64,000 nucleotides of DNA, from assembly GCA_964456565.1 (NCBI GenBank), contig CAYWBU010000001.1, positions 22,827-86,826 of the forward strand, given 5' to 3'. A program made the position numbers and the translations under genes. Shown in pieces: positions 21,955 through 31,823 of the stretch. Each line of letters opens with the position of its first letter. Position 1 is the first letter of the stretch. The notes under the pieces are model-generated. The model was not told the origin of the DNA and did no database searches. It saw only the letters and a list, made by a program, of their open reading frames with translations. The DNA comes from an uncultured Bacteriovoracaceae bacterium (GTDB lineage: Bacteria > Desulfobacterota > Desulfomonilia > UBA1062).

Positions 21955-24412
21955 TCTCCTGTTCCATCTGCTTCATGGCGTCTTCATTGATGACGGCATA
22001 TTCCTCATCCAGCAGGCCCTTGGACCTGAATGTATCAAGGGCACCTTTATAGGTCGGCATGCACAGCGATTCGGCGCGGGTTATCTGTCCGCGTTTGTAC
22101 ATCCGGGACGCATAGCGGTTTATGATTTTCAGGATATCCTTGTTGTTCTTACGCGAAAGTTTTTTAACGTTCTGGGCCACCGCCAGATATGATTCCAGAT
22201 AATTTTCGATCAGCCCGGCAAACATCAGGGCATGGTCCTTCTTGTTCTTCCCGACCATGTAATTACCTTCGATCCGCAGGGCGATCCCGGTTTTGAGCAT
22301 GAATTTCATGGCCGTCTGGAAGGCCTCCATGTCCATGATAAATTCCTTTTCGAGGATCAGGGCCAGGGTCTGGACCTCTTTGACAAAAAGTTTTTCCTCG
22401 ATCCCGTCCGGATAGCGCACCAGCACATTGGCAATCAGCGCAGCGGGCACAAAGAAATTGAGTGTGGTATTTTTATAATATTCAAGGTGAATGCGTTTGT
22501 CGGCTTCAACCAGGTAGATATCGGCCTCATCATCGGCCTCCACCCGGTCGATGGTGACCAGGCCCTTGTCGATCATAAGTTTGATGGTGTCATCAAAGGC
22601 ATGGTCGTCATCGGTAAGCGAGGAGGCAATGTTGTAACCGCTCTGGCGAATATATTTGAGATAGAGCTTGAAGAAAGTGCGGGTGGCATTTTCATCCAGG
22701 GCCTCGGTGCGGGATATCAGAACCGATGAGAGGACTGCAAACGGCGTTGCAACCGTCTGCTTGTAGATGGAATCGATCAGTTTGCCGGCCAGATCGTCAT
22801 AGAGGTAATGGCGTTCATCCTGGTTCATCTGGGAGTAGTTCGGCCGGCCGCGCATGTAGCCGTTCAGAGAGATGGGAGGTGCAAAGCGGACATAGACCTT
22901 GCCGTAGCGGTTTTTGAGGATCTTGCCGGCCTTGAGCAGCTGCCAGAAATTTTCCTTCTCCTTTTCGGCCCCTTTCATCTCCCGGATGTAGGCCCCTTCT
23001 TCGACCACCGTATCATAGCCGACATAGACCGGGACAAAATGCACATCCCGGGTTATACCGGATTCCCAGCCCTGCACAATCATTGAGAGCAGTCCCTTTT
23101 TGGGCAGCATCAGCTTGCCGGAGCGGCTGCGGGTGCCTTCGATGAAAAATTCCATCGGGATCCTTTCTCCCAGGATGGTGCGGATATAGGCTGAGAAGGC
23201 CTGGGCATAGAGGGGGTCATTCTTGAAGGTGCGGCGCATGAAAAAGGCCCCGCCGCGGCGCAGGAGCCAGCCCATGGGGAAGAAGGCCAGATTGATGCCG
23301 GCGGCTATCAGCGGGATGCTCATCCAGTTATGAAAGAGACAGTATGACAGCACCAGATAATCGATATGGCTCTTGTGGCAGGGAACATATACGATCTAAC
23401 CCTTGCGGGCCACGTCCCTGACCATCTTGAGTCCTTCGTCGTCAACATCCATGCCGTCATAGATGTTGTCAAAGATCCATGTCAGCACGATATTCAGGAA
23501 ATTGACCGTTGACGGCTGCATGTCGGCCGCCACCTGGTTGAGCGCCTTTTCCACATTGCGGCTGATTTTATCCGGGGCCAGGCCGTTGTCGGTGGCATGT
23601 GACCGCATAAAGGTCTGCAGCACCGGGTCCTTGATGGTCTTCTGGATAATGAAATCGCGGCTGCGGAAGGGGGCCCCGGAGATATTGCTGCCGAGACTGG
23701 AGAGCCTGAAGAGCAGTTCGCGTCTTATTTCATGGGCAGTTTCCTCAATAAACTTCGACCAGCCCTGGGTGTGTTTGACCACCTCCATAAGGTTGATGGG
23801 TTCACCGTGCTCGATAAAACCCAGTTCCTCTTTTTTGAAGAGGGTCAGCAGTTTCTTGCCGGGCCTGAGCTGCATCTTTTCCTCATGTGAGGCCTTACGC
23901 ACCTTGATGGGCATGCGTGAATAAATCAGACGCTGCGGCAGGATGTAGATCGGCTTGTCGATCTCCTTCTGCAGTTTGAGCAACAGCAGGATGGGGTCCT
24001 GCTCGAAGTTTTCCGGTTTCTTGTCAATAAAGATCAGTGAGGCGGTCCGGTCCTGCTGCATATATTCGATGTATTGCCGGTGAATGTCCTCCCTGGCGGG
24101 CGGTGAAAAAAGATTCTTGACCATCGCCGGCAACCGGCGCACCGGTTCCAGCAGGGGGAACTGCTTGCCGAAAATCAATCCCGGAGCCGGCAGTTCGTCC
24201 TGCCTGAAGCGGTAGTTGAGCAACAGGGTGTCAATGGAGCTGCGGGAATTGAGGGCGTAGACGATATGACCCTTTTCCGAAAGCGAAACGGTTGATTCCC
24301 GATAGATGCCGGGAATATTCATATGTCCGAAAAGCCGGTGAAAGATCGGTCGCAAAAGCGGACCGTAAAATCCATTCAGCAGATAAGCCTCTGCAGCGCT
24401 GCCTTTTTTCAT
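21932..24412 (-). pseudogene. plsB: glycerol-3-phosphate 1-O-acyltransferase PlsB homologue, interrupted by one in-frame TAG at 23396-23398
   Basis: ORFs 23396..24412 and 21932..23353 are in the same frame. Translation through the TAG gives ...[27 protein letters not shown]..., where [10 protein letters not shown] is the PlsB HX4D catalytic motif. FIEGTRSRSGKL (block III) lies downstream. Confidence 0.75.
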
Positions 24413-24450
24413 GAGAAACCTTATAAAACATGGAGATTTAAAATCAAAGG

Positions 24451-26217
24451 TTAATTTTCGTCATGCAGAAAGGCGATGATTCTGGTGATGTCAGCTGAGC
24501 TCAGGCCGGGACAGTTCTGCAGGTCGCTCTGGCGGAGATCTTTGATGTCGCGATCGGGGGGGAGATGTTTGAGGATGCGGGCCGTCTTTTGGGGGCCGAT
24601 TCCGGGGATCTGCTGCAGGATCGAAGAAGTGGTCCGGGTTGAACGTACCCGGCGGTGATAGGTGATTGCGAAACGGTGGGCTTCATCCCTGATCTGCTGC
24701 ATGATCCGGAGTTCGGCACTGCGCGCCGGAAGATGGACGGCATCCTTGCGGCCCGGCAGGAAGAAGCGGTCGCTCTTGGAACCGCGTTCCTTGGCGATGG
24801 CCGCCAAGGGGATGTCGGTCCTTCCGATTTCCTTCATGATCCTAAGGCAGGCATTCAGCTGCCCCTTGCCGCCGTCGATCAGGATCAGGTCGGGGCGGGA
24901 GGCGTCGTTGCCGAAACGGCGGGCAAGCACTTCCCTGAGCATCGCAAAATCGTCCTGGCCTTTAACTTCTCTGATCTTGTAGCGCCGATAGAGGTTTTTA
25001 TCCGGCCGGCCGTCTATGAAAACCGTTCTGGACGCCACGGAATAGCGCCCCTGGATCGTGGAAATGTCGTAGCATTCGATGCGGTAGGGGATAGCCGGCA
25101 GGCGGAAGGCCCGGGCAAGGTTGTCAAGGGGGGAAGCTGTTTGATCGTCCGGCTTGCTGCGGGCATTCTGGTCGGCCAACTGCAGGCGTTTGAGCGGCAT
25201 TCCCCGCGTTGGTCTGGTTATGGTGACCCTTGATCCGCGCATGTCCGACAGAATTTCGGCCAGCAGGTCTTTTTCCCGGGGCAGCTGCGCGGTGTGGATT
25301 GCATGGGGAATGACGGTGTCGTTCAGGTAGAACTGCAGCATGAACTGCGCGATGAAATCGCCGGAATCGGAGCGTAGCGCAAACGTTTTACTTTCGCATA
25401 GATTGCCGCCGCTGAAGCGCATCACGCATACCTGCCAGCCAGCCTGACCGCGGTATGTACCGAAAATGTCCACATCAACAGCGGATGTGCCGGCAACCGT
25501 CTGCGGGACAAGGGTGGTCCTGATGGCCTGGATCTGGTCCCTGATGCGGGCGGCCTTCTCGTAATTCAGGGCGGCGGCTTCGATCTGCATACGTCTTTGC
25601 AGTTCGCGCTCTAGGTCCTTGTCTTGGCCCTGCAGGAAGCGGATCAGGTCGTTGATGGTCTGGCGATATTCATCCGCTGAGATCCTGCGGGTGCAGGGGG
25701 CCGGACAGAGTCCGATCTGATGGAACATGCAGGGGCGTGTACGGTTTTTAAAGGCGCTGTCCTTGCAGCGCCGGACCGGAAAGATCCGGCCCACGGCCGA
25801 AAGGGTCTTGCGGGTTGCCTGGGCAGAAGAATAGGGTCCCAAATAGGTTGATCCGTCCCGGCTTGTGCTGCGCGTGATATATATGCCTGGCCATTCATGT
25901 GAAGTGGTTATCTTGATGCTGACATAGGTCTTGTCATCTTTCAGGACAACATTATAACGCGGGCGATGCTGTTTTATGAGACGGTTTTCCAGCAGCAGGG
26001 CCTCCTTGTCATTGTGGGTTACAATGTAGTCGATCCTGGCGGTATGCCGTCGAATAAAGGTCACCGAGGGGCGGGTGTCCTGCCCGAGATAATCGTGAAC
26101 CCTGTTTTTAAGGTTGCAGGCCTTGCCAATATATATTATTTCGCCATTCGCGTCCCTGAACAGATAGACGCCGGGAGATCGGGGCAAATCATGCAAAAGA
26201 TCTTCGGAAAGCGGCAT
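24451..26217 (-). CDS. uvrC: excinuclease ABC subunit C
   Basis: N-terminal GIY-YIG (GVYLFRDANGEIIYIGKACNLKNRV) and C-terminal HhH. Confidence 0.9.
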   Translation of the reverse strand: MPLSEDLLHDLPRSPGVYLFRDANGEIIYIGKACNLKNRVHDYLGQDTRPSVTFIRRHTARIDYIVTHNDKEALLLENRLIKQHRPRYNVVLKDDKTYVSIKITTSHEWPGIYITRSTSRDGSTYLGPYSSAQATRKTLSAVGRIFPVRRCKDSAFKNRTRPCMFHQIGLCPAPCTRRISADEYRQTINDLIRFLQGQDKDLERELQRRMQIEAAALNYEKAARIRDQIQAIRTTLVPQTVAGTSAVDVDIFGTYRGQAGWQVCVMRFSGGNLCESKTFALRSDSGDFIAQFMLQFYLNDTVIPHAIHTAQLPREKDLLAEILSDMRGSRVTITRPTRGMPLKRLQLADQNARSKPDDQTASPLDNLARAFRLPAIPYRIECYDISTIQGRYSVASRTVFIDGRPDKNLYRRYKIREVKGQDDFAMLREVLARRFGNDASRPDLILIDGGKGQLNACLRIMKEIGRTDIPLAAIAKERGSKSDRFFLPGRKDAVHLPARSAELRIMQQIRDEAHRFAITYHRRVRSTRTTSSILQQIPGIGPQKTARILKHLPPDRDIKDLRQSDLQNCPGLSSADITRIIAFLHDEN

Positions 26218-26315
26218 GGGGACTACATAGCACGGGATGGATTTATAGGTAAAGTGCCCTTGACACTATAGAACATAATATATATAAGCGCAGGTAATGA
26301 GTTTTTGTTCATTTT

Positions 26316-26888
26316 TTGGGTGGTTGGATGATTTTGGTGTACGGCCTGGGGAACCCCGGGATTCAGTATGCGCATACGCGTCACAATATCGGGTTCATGG
26401 TCGTTGATGAGCTTTCCTCAAGGCTGGACGTTGCTATGGCAGGCGAAAAATTTGCCGTCAGATGGGGGAGGGGTGTCTTGAACGGGCATGAATTTGTTCT
26501 TGCCAAACCGCAGACTTATATGAACCGTAGCGGAGAGCCTTTCCGCAATCTTCCGGTTCAGCCTCAAAATTTGATTGTGGTCTATGATGACATGGATCTT
26601 CCCCTGGGCCAGATCAGGGTCAGGCAACGTGGTTCCGCCGGGGGCCACAAGGGGATGCAGTCCATCATTGATACATTGGAAACAACGGATTTCGTGCGGG
26701 TACGGTGCGGAATCGGCCGCAGTGATATAGCATCCGGGGTCACGGACTACGTTCTTGGAAATTTTGGCGAAGATGAAAAGCAGGTCCTGGAAGAAGAGCT
26801 GGACCTGGCGGCTGATGCTGTCATGACCTGCATTTTGGATGGTCCTCAAAGCGCAATGAACGTCTACAACAGGCGTACTAGAGAATAA
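26316..26888 (+). CDS. pth: peptidyl-tRNA hydrolase
   Basis: MILVYGLGNPGIQYAHTRHNIGF...GGHKG is canonical Pth. Confidence 0.9.
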   Translation: MGGWMILVYGLGNPGIQYAHTRHNIGFMVVDELSSRLDVAMAGEKFAVRWGRGVLNGHEFVLAKPQTYMNRSGEPFRNLPVQPQNLIVVYDDMDLPLGQIRVRQRGSAGGHKGMQSIIDTLETTDFVRVRCGIGRSDIASGVTDYVLGNFGEDEKQVLEEELDLAADAVMTCILDGPQSAMNVYNRRTRE

Positions 26889-26906
26889 TGTTTAAGGGAG
26901 GTTTTA

Positions 26907-28904
26907 ATGGAACAATGGGCTAGTTATGCATATTGGTTGGGGATATTGGGGCTGGTGATTGCCCTGTTGATGTATCTGTCCCTCAAGAAAAAAGATGCTG
27001 GTGATGAGAAGATGCAGGATCTCGCCCGCCAGATCCACGAAGGGGCCATGGTTTTCCTTAAACGGGAATATATGATCCTGGCCGTCTTCATTGCGGTGGT
27101 TTTTGTGCTGCTCTTCGTAGCACCTGATCTTGGAATGCAGACAGCTGTTGCCTATCTGGGTGGCGCCCTGTGCTCTATTCTGGCCGGCTTCTTCGGAATG
27201 TCGTCCGCTACTGCGGCTAACAGCAGAACATCTCAGGCCGCTGCCACCAAGGGTCTGGAAGCGGCTCTGAATGTCTCCTATTTCGGCGGTGGTGCCGTAA
27301 TGGGAATCTCGGTTGCCTCCCTGGGGATGCTGGGCCTGGGCCTTTTCTATACCTGGTTCAGCGGTGACAGCCTTGAGACCCTCAAAAATCTGAGCGGTTT
27401 CGGTATGGGTGCCTCTTCGGTTGCCCTGTTTGCCCGTGTGGGCGGCGGCATCTACACCAAGAGCGCCGATGTCGGATCAGACCTGGTTGGTAAGGTCGAG
27501 GCCGGAATTCCCGAGGACGATCCCCGTAACCCCGGTGTTATTGCTGACAACGTTGGTGACAACGTCGGTGATATTGCCGGTATGGGCGCTGACATCTTCG
27601 AGTCCTATGTCAACTCGATCATTGCCGCCATTGCCATTGCTCTGACCATGAGCCTGACCAATATGGACGGAACCCGTGAGGCCTATGTGGCCCTGCCGGT
27701 CATCCTGGTGATGATCGGTTTTGTGTGCTCGCTCGTGGGTGTTGCCTCGGTCAAAATTCTGGCCAAGGCCGGCCCGCAGAAGGCTCTGCGCTATTCCTCG
27801 ATTGTGGCTGCGATTCTGTTCCTGATCCTCTCCTATGTTGCCGTCGGCAAGCTTGGGGTCTCTATGGGATCCTTCTGGGCGGTCTTCTGGGGCATGCTGG
27901 CCGGAACCCTGATCGGACTGATCACCGAGTATTATACAGCCGCCAAACCCATCAGGGTGATTGCTGAGGCCTCGCAGACCGGACCTGCCACCAACATCAT
28001 CAGCGGTCTGGCGATCGGTATGGAGTCCACCGCACTGCCCATGATCATGATCGTTGTCGCCATCGGTTTTGCCTCCAAAGCTGCCGGCCTTTACGGTATC
28101 GGCCTGGCTGCGGTGGGCATGCTGGCAACGGTTGGTGCCACCATGAGTGTTGACGCCTATGGTCCGGTTGCCGACAATGCCGGCGGTATTTCCGAAATGG
28201 CCGGTCTGGGCAAAGATGTCCGCAAGATCACTGACGAGCTCGACTCGCTGGGCAACACCACTGCCGCCATCGGTAAGGGCTTTGCCATCGGATCCGCCGC
28301 CCTGACGGCCCTGGCTCTGTTCAGTGCCTATGGTCAGGCGGTTGGTCTTGATAAACTTGATCTTATAGAACCTCGGGTTGTCATGGGTCTGTTTTTAGGC
28401 GGGGTGATTCCCTTCTTTGTGGCTGCGCTGACCATGACTTCGGTTGGCAAGGCCGCTTACCAGATGGTTGAGGAGATCAGACGCCAGTTCCGCGAGATCC
28501 CCGGCATCATGGAGGGTACCGGCAAGCCTGATCCGGCCCGCTGTGTCGATATCGCCACCCGTTCGGCCCTCAAGGAAATGATCCTGCCCGGCGTGGTTGC
28601 CATTCTCTCGCCGATTCTGGTGGGCTTCCTGATTGGACCCGAGGCCCTGGGCGGTCTCCTGGCCGGCTCGGTGCTGACCGGTGCCATGATGGCCCTGTTT
28701 ATGGCCAACAGTGGTGGAGCCTGGGATAATGCCAAAAAGTTCATTGAAGAAGGTAACTTTGGCGGCAAGGGCACCGAGGCCCATGCTGCGGCGGTAATCG
28801 GCGATACGGTCGGCGACCCGTTCAAGGATACCTCAGGACCTTCGATGAACATCCTGATCAAGCTGATGAGTGTTATCGCGCTGGTTATTGCGCCGATGCT
28901 CTGA
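26907..28904 (+). CDS. hppA: membrane-bound H+(or Na+)-translocating pyrophosphatase, K+-dependent subtype
   Basis: Multi-TM protein with acidic PPi-binding motifs. [16 protein letters not shown] has Ala at the K+-dependence determinant position. Confidence 0.9.
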   Translation: MEQWASYAYWLGILGLVIALLMYLSLKKKDAGDEKMQDLARQIHEGAMVFLKREYMILAVFIAVVFVLLFVAPDLGMQTAVAYLGGALCSILAGFFGMSSATAANSRTSQAAATKGLEAALNVSYFGGGAVMGISVASLGMLGLGLFYTWFSGDSLETLKNLSGFGMGASSVALFARVGGGIYTKSADVGSDLVGKVEAGIPEDDPRNPGVIADNVGDNVGDIAGMGADIFESYVNSIIAAIAIALTMSLTNMDGTREAYVALPVILVMIGFVCSLVGVASVKILAKAGPQKALRYSSIVAAILFLILSYVAVGKLGVSMGSFWAVFWGMLAGTLIGLITEYYTAAKPIRVIAEASQTGPATNIISGLAIGMESTALPMIMIVVAIGFASKAAGLYGIGLAAVGMLATVGATMSVDAYGPVADNAGGISEMAGLGKDVRKITDELDSLGNTTAAIGKGFAIGSAALTALALFSAYGQAVGLDKLDLIEPRVVMGLFLGGVIPFFVAALTMTSVGKAAYQMVEEIRRQFREIPGIMEGTGKPDPARCVDIATRSALKEMILPGVVAILSPILVGFLIGPEALGGLLAGSVLTGAMMALFMANSGGAWDNAKKFIEEGNFGGKGTEAHAAAVIGDTVGDPFKDTSGPSMNILIKLMSVIALVIAPML

Positions 28905-28928
28905 TTTTTTAAATAAGGAAATAAAAAA

Positions 28929-28951
28929 GGCCGCCGGGTTACCCGGCGGCC
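28929..28951. terminator. bidirectional rho-independent terminator between convergent hppA and the DUF374 gene
   Basis: AAAAAAGGCCGCCGGGT-T-ACCCGGCGGCCTTTTTT: perfect 11-bp GC stem flanked by an A-run and a T-run. Confidence 0.65.
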
Positions 28952-29673
28952 TTTTTTATTTTGCGGGGCAGATAATCCATAAAGTCATCAGGCACGGGCA
29001 GGTCGCGCGGATCGCCCTCACGGATGCCGTTCTTGACAAAATAACGCACCTGGTAGGTGAGCCGGTTGAGCCGCAGGTCGATCTCCTGCCGCAGTTCATC
29101 TGTTGCGGCATCGGACATTTCAGGGGCGACCAGGATGGGTTCACGGTCAAAGACCATGACGATTCGGGAAAACGGTTTGGCCAGGACGGTGCGGTCCCAT
29201 GAATTGAACTCCCAGCTGCGATCGGCCTCCATGGCGCAGAGCAGGATGGGGCTGCCGGTGCGCCCGGCAATGGTGGTTATGCCATGCTTGGATATATAGG
29301 GTGGCCCGGTGGGACCATCCGGAGTGATGACGCCGGGATAGCCGGATGCAAGGTGGTCGCAGAATTCATGGAGGGCCTCCTTGCCGCCGCGGCGCGATGA
29401 TCCGCGTTGGGGCCTGAACCCGTAGCGCTCAATCAGGGCGGTGATCATGTCGCCATCGCGCGAAGCCGAGATGATGCCGCCCATATTGCGATCGCGGAAA
29501 TGATAACTGGCAAAGGGAAAGATGCGGTGCCATGAGGTGTAGATGATGTCGCCGCGCTGGGTCAGGACTTCCTCTTCATTCTCCAGGCCGTAGACTTCAA
29601 TGCGGCAGCTGGCATAAATACTGCGCAGCAACACGTCGGCCGTCAGGGCTATGATTTTATTTTTTATCTCCAT
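28939..29673 (-). CDS. DUF374-type lysophospholipid acyltransferase-like protein
   Basis: About 240 aa with an LPLAT-like core (YTSWHRIFP...ISASRDGD). The C-terminal codons KKAAG lie inside the terminator stem. Confidence 0.55.
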   Translation of the reverse strand: MEIKNKIIALTADVLLRSIYASCRIEVYGLENEEEVLTQRGDIIYTSWHRIFPFASYHFRDRNMGGIISASRDGDMITALIERYGFRPQRGSSRRGGKEALHEFCDHLASGYPGVITPDGPTGPPYISKHGITTIAGRTGSPILLCAMEADRSWEFNSWDRTVLAKPFSRIVMVFDREPILVAPEMSDAATDELRQEIDLRLNRLTYQVRYFVKNGIREGDPRDLPVPDDFMDYLPRKIKKAAG

Positions 29674-29704
29674 CAGGTTTCTAAATCACAGGCCTGTGAA
29701 TCAA

Positions 29705-29731
29705 GTCAATAAATGAAAAGGCGACCCGTCG
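29705..29731 (-). terminator. rho-independent terminator downstream of the radical SAM gene
   Basis: AAAAGGCGACCC-GTCG-GGGTCGCCTTT hairpin, 38 nt after the radical SAM stop, followed by a T-rich stretch on the minus strand. Confidence 0.45.
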
Positions 29732-29768
29732 GGGTCGCCTTTGTTGCAGAGATGAAAAACAGTTGTTC

Positions 29769-31418
29769 TCAGACAGCCGCGTTACTGGGAATGTCCTTGG
29801 ATGTACCGGCGGAATCCACGGGCGTTTTTTCAGGTTTTTCTTCTGCCAGCTGGATGTGACGCTCCTTGTCGGTTCCGTAATTTTTATTGATGTATTCCAG
29901 TGACTCCAGCATGCTCCTGACGAAATTGGGATTCTTCTCGGCCCATTTCTGCATCTGTTCCAGAAACCTGGGCCGGTTGAGCTGGAATTCGATGCGGTCA
30001 ATGCCTTCGCCGTAGGCCTTTTTCTGGCTCCGCATACTGTTGATCTTGTGCTGGTACTGTTCCAGCCAGAGTTTGTCGGCAATCTTGGCGACACTGGCAG
30101 AGTAGCGGTCGATACCGTCCTTGATCTGCTGATTGGAGATGAGTTCCTCGGCCCCGGGTTCGGTCGGGCGGGCACCGAAACGGGTACAGGCGCTGCGCCA
30201 TACTTCCGGATTATCGATAATCATGCAGGGCCGGAGATAGTTGTCGGTATGGGGCTGGCTCATGCGGATATAGGTGAAAAACGGCGACTGCAGGGCCTCG
30301 ATCAGGCTGCAGTTGTGGATGTTGTGGGTGGCGTGATGGGCGAAGATGCAGGGCTCCACATCACCCTTGCTGTTGATGTGCAGATATCTGCGTCCGCCGG
30401 CAATGCAGCCGGAAAGCGCCGGCGCATCGGCCCAGAAATCCATGATGAAAAGGGGTTCCTGTTCGCGGTAGCGCTTGATGAATTCGCCGAATTCAACCCG
30501 CTGCTCAGCGGTTGGCATGAGGCTGAGGTCCGGCTGCGGACCTACGGGCATGAAGAGGAAATTCCAGCCGTAGACCACCCCCTGATTTTCCCAGAATTTA
30601 AGGAAATCACGGGAAACAAGGGTTTCAAAGTTTTTGGAAGTCAGAACCAGCGACATCCCGAAGAGCAGATTGCGCTGACGCATTTTGGCAACAGATTCGA
30701 GCACCTTGTCATAGGCGCCTTCACCGCGCATGAAATCGGTGTCTTCACGGGTCCCGTTGACACTGAAAGCCACGATTATATTGGCTGCATCTTCGATCCG
30801 GTCGGCAACCTCATCGGTGATCAGGGTGCCATTGGTGAATACCTGGAAGAGGCAGTCGTTGTGCTTCTTGGCCATGGCATAGATGTCATCAAATTTTACA
30901 AAAGGTTCGCCGCCCAGGATGGTGTAGAAGTAGACGCCGATCTGTTTGCCTTCGGCTATGATGCGGTCGAAGGTCTCAACGGACATATCGTCATCTTTTT
31001 TCTGGGAATATTCGGCGGCATAACAGCCGCGGCAATGCAGGTTGCAGCGCATTGTGGGGCTGATGAGGATGTTGTAGGGCGGGACAAAGCCATATTCATC
31101 GGCAAAGCTGTCGGCGGTCTGCATCCATTTGATGGCGCAGTTGCCGATGAAGTTACGGACAAAAACCCTGGCCTGCCTGGGGTTGCGGGAAAGCAGGTTG
31201 GCAAACCACTGTTTGGCGCCGGGATTCTGCTGCGTCCATGCCATAAAGCTCTGTAAAGGGCCGTCATCACCGTGGAAGATGTCCAGGGCGCTCAGACGCT
31301 TGAGGGCCTTGTCGATATTTTTTTGGGGATCTTTCTGCATGTAACGCACGATCCAATCAGCTGTTGTGACAATTGTGGCCTGAATTGATTTATTTTTGAT
31401 GGTATCCAGAATGCCCAT
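29769..31418 (-). CDS. radical SAM / SPASM-type enzyme with about 100-aa N-terminal extension and charged C-terminal tail
   Basis: CNLHCRGCYA (CX3CX2C), GGEPF, SVNG, and C-terminal CIAGG...VEPCIF...C auxiliary-cluster region. AGGAGG RBS in front of the ATG at 31418. Confidence 0.75.
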   Translation of the reverse strand: MGILDTIKNKSIQATIVTTADWIVRYMQKDPQKNIDKALKRLSALDIFHGDDGPLQSFMAWTQQNPGAKQWFANLLSRNPRQARVFVRNFIGNCAIKWMQTADSFADEYGFVPPYNILISPTMRCNLHCRGCYAAEYSQKKDDDMSVETFDRIIAEGKQIGVYFYTILGGEPFVKFDDIYAMAKKHNDCLFQVFTNGTLITDEVADRIEDAANIIVAFSVNGTREDTDFMRGEGAYDKVLESVAKMRQRNLLFGMSLVLTSKNFETLVSRDFLKFWENQGVVYGWNFLFMPVGPQPDLSLMPTAEQRVEFGEFIKRYREQEPLFIMDFWADAPALSGCIAGGRRYLHINSKGDVEPCIFAHHATHNIHNCSLIEALQSPFFTYIRMSQPHTDNYLRPCMIIDNPEVWRSACTRFGARPTEPGAEELISNQQIKDGIDRYSASVAKIADKLWLEQYQHKINSMRSQKKAYGEGIDRIEFQLNRPRFLEQMQKWAEKNPNFVRSMLESLEYINKNYGTDKERHIQLAEEKPEKTPVDSAGTSKDIPSNAAV

Positions 31419-31567
31419 GTGCGTAACCTCCTTGCTAGAGAAGTTTAGTAATCCCATAGACACCAATTTGCAAGCATTTTTTGTGCACTGCATAAAAGAT
31501 GTCCCGATAAAGTCTATCGTACAGGTATGAAAGGTGTCAGCTTTGCGCTTTTACGGAGCAGGCAGAT

Positions 31568-31807
31568 GTGCTAATGATTTTTGCCATGCTGGATAAAATA
31601 CCTTTTTTGCACAGAGATACTGCCTACAATATCATCATTGAAGATGACATCTCCTTTGATGCCCTGCATGCCCTGCTGGACAACCTTGGCGAACAGGGGG
31701 CCTTTGATGCGCAGGAGTGTAGCGCCGACCTCTATTATTTCACCTACGGCGGCATCAATTATACCGTGGGGGTTGACGGGCAGGATGTGTTGATTGTGAT
31801 TAAGTGA
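31568..31807 (+). CDS. small hypothetical protein, divergent from the radical SAM gene (start 31568 or 31586)
   Basis: 73-79 aa with an acidic N-terminal half and a Tyr/Gly-rich C-terminal segment (DLYYFTYGGINYTVGVDGQD). No recognisable domain. Confidence 0.35.
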   Translation: MLMIFAMLDKIPFLHRDTAYNIIIEDDISFDALHALLDNLGEQGAFDAQECSADLYYFTYGGINYTVGVDGQDVLIVIK

Positions 31808-31823
31808 TAATAATGAGCAGGAA

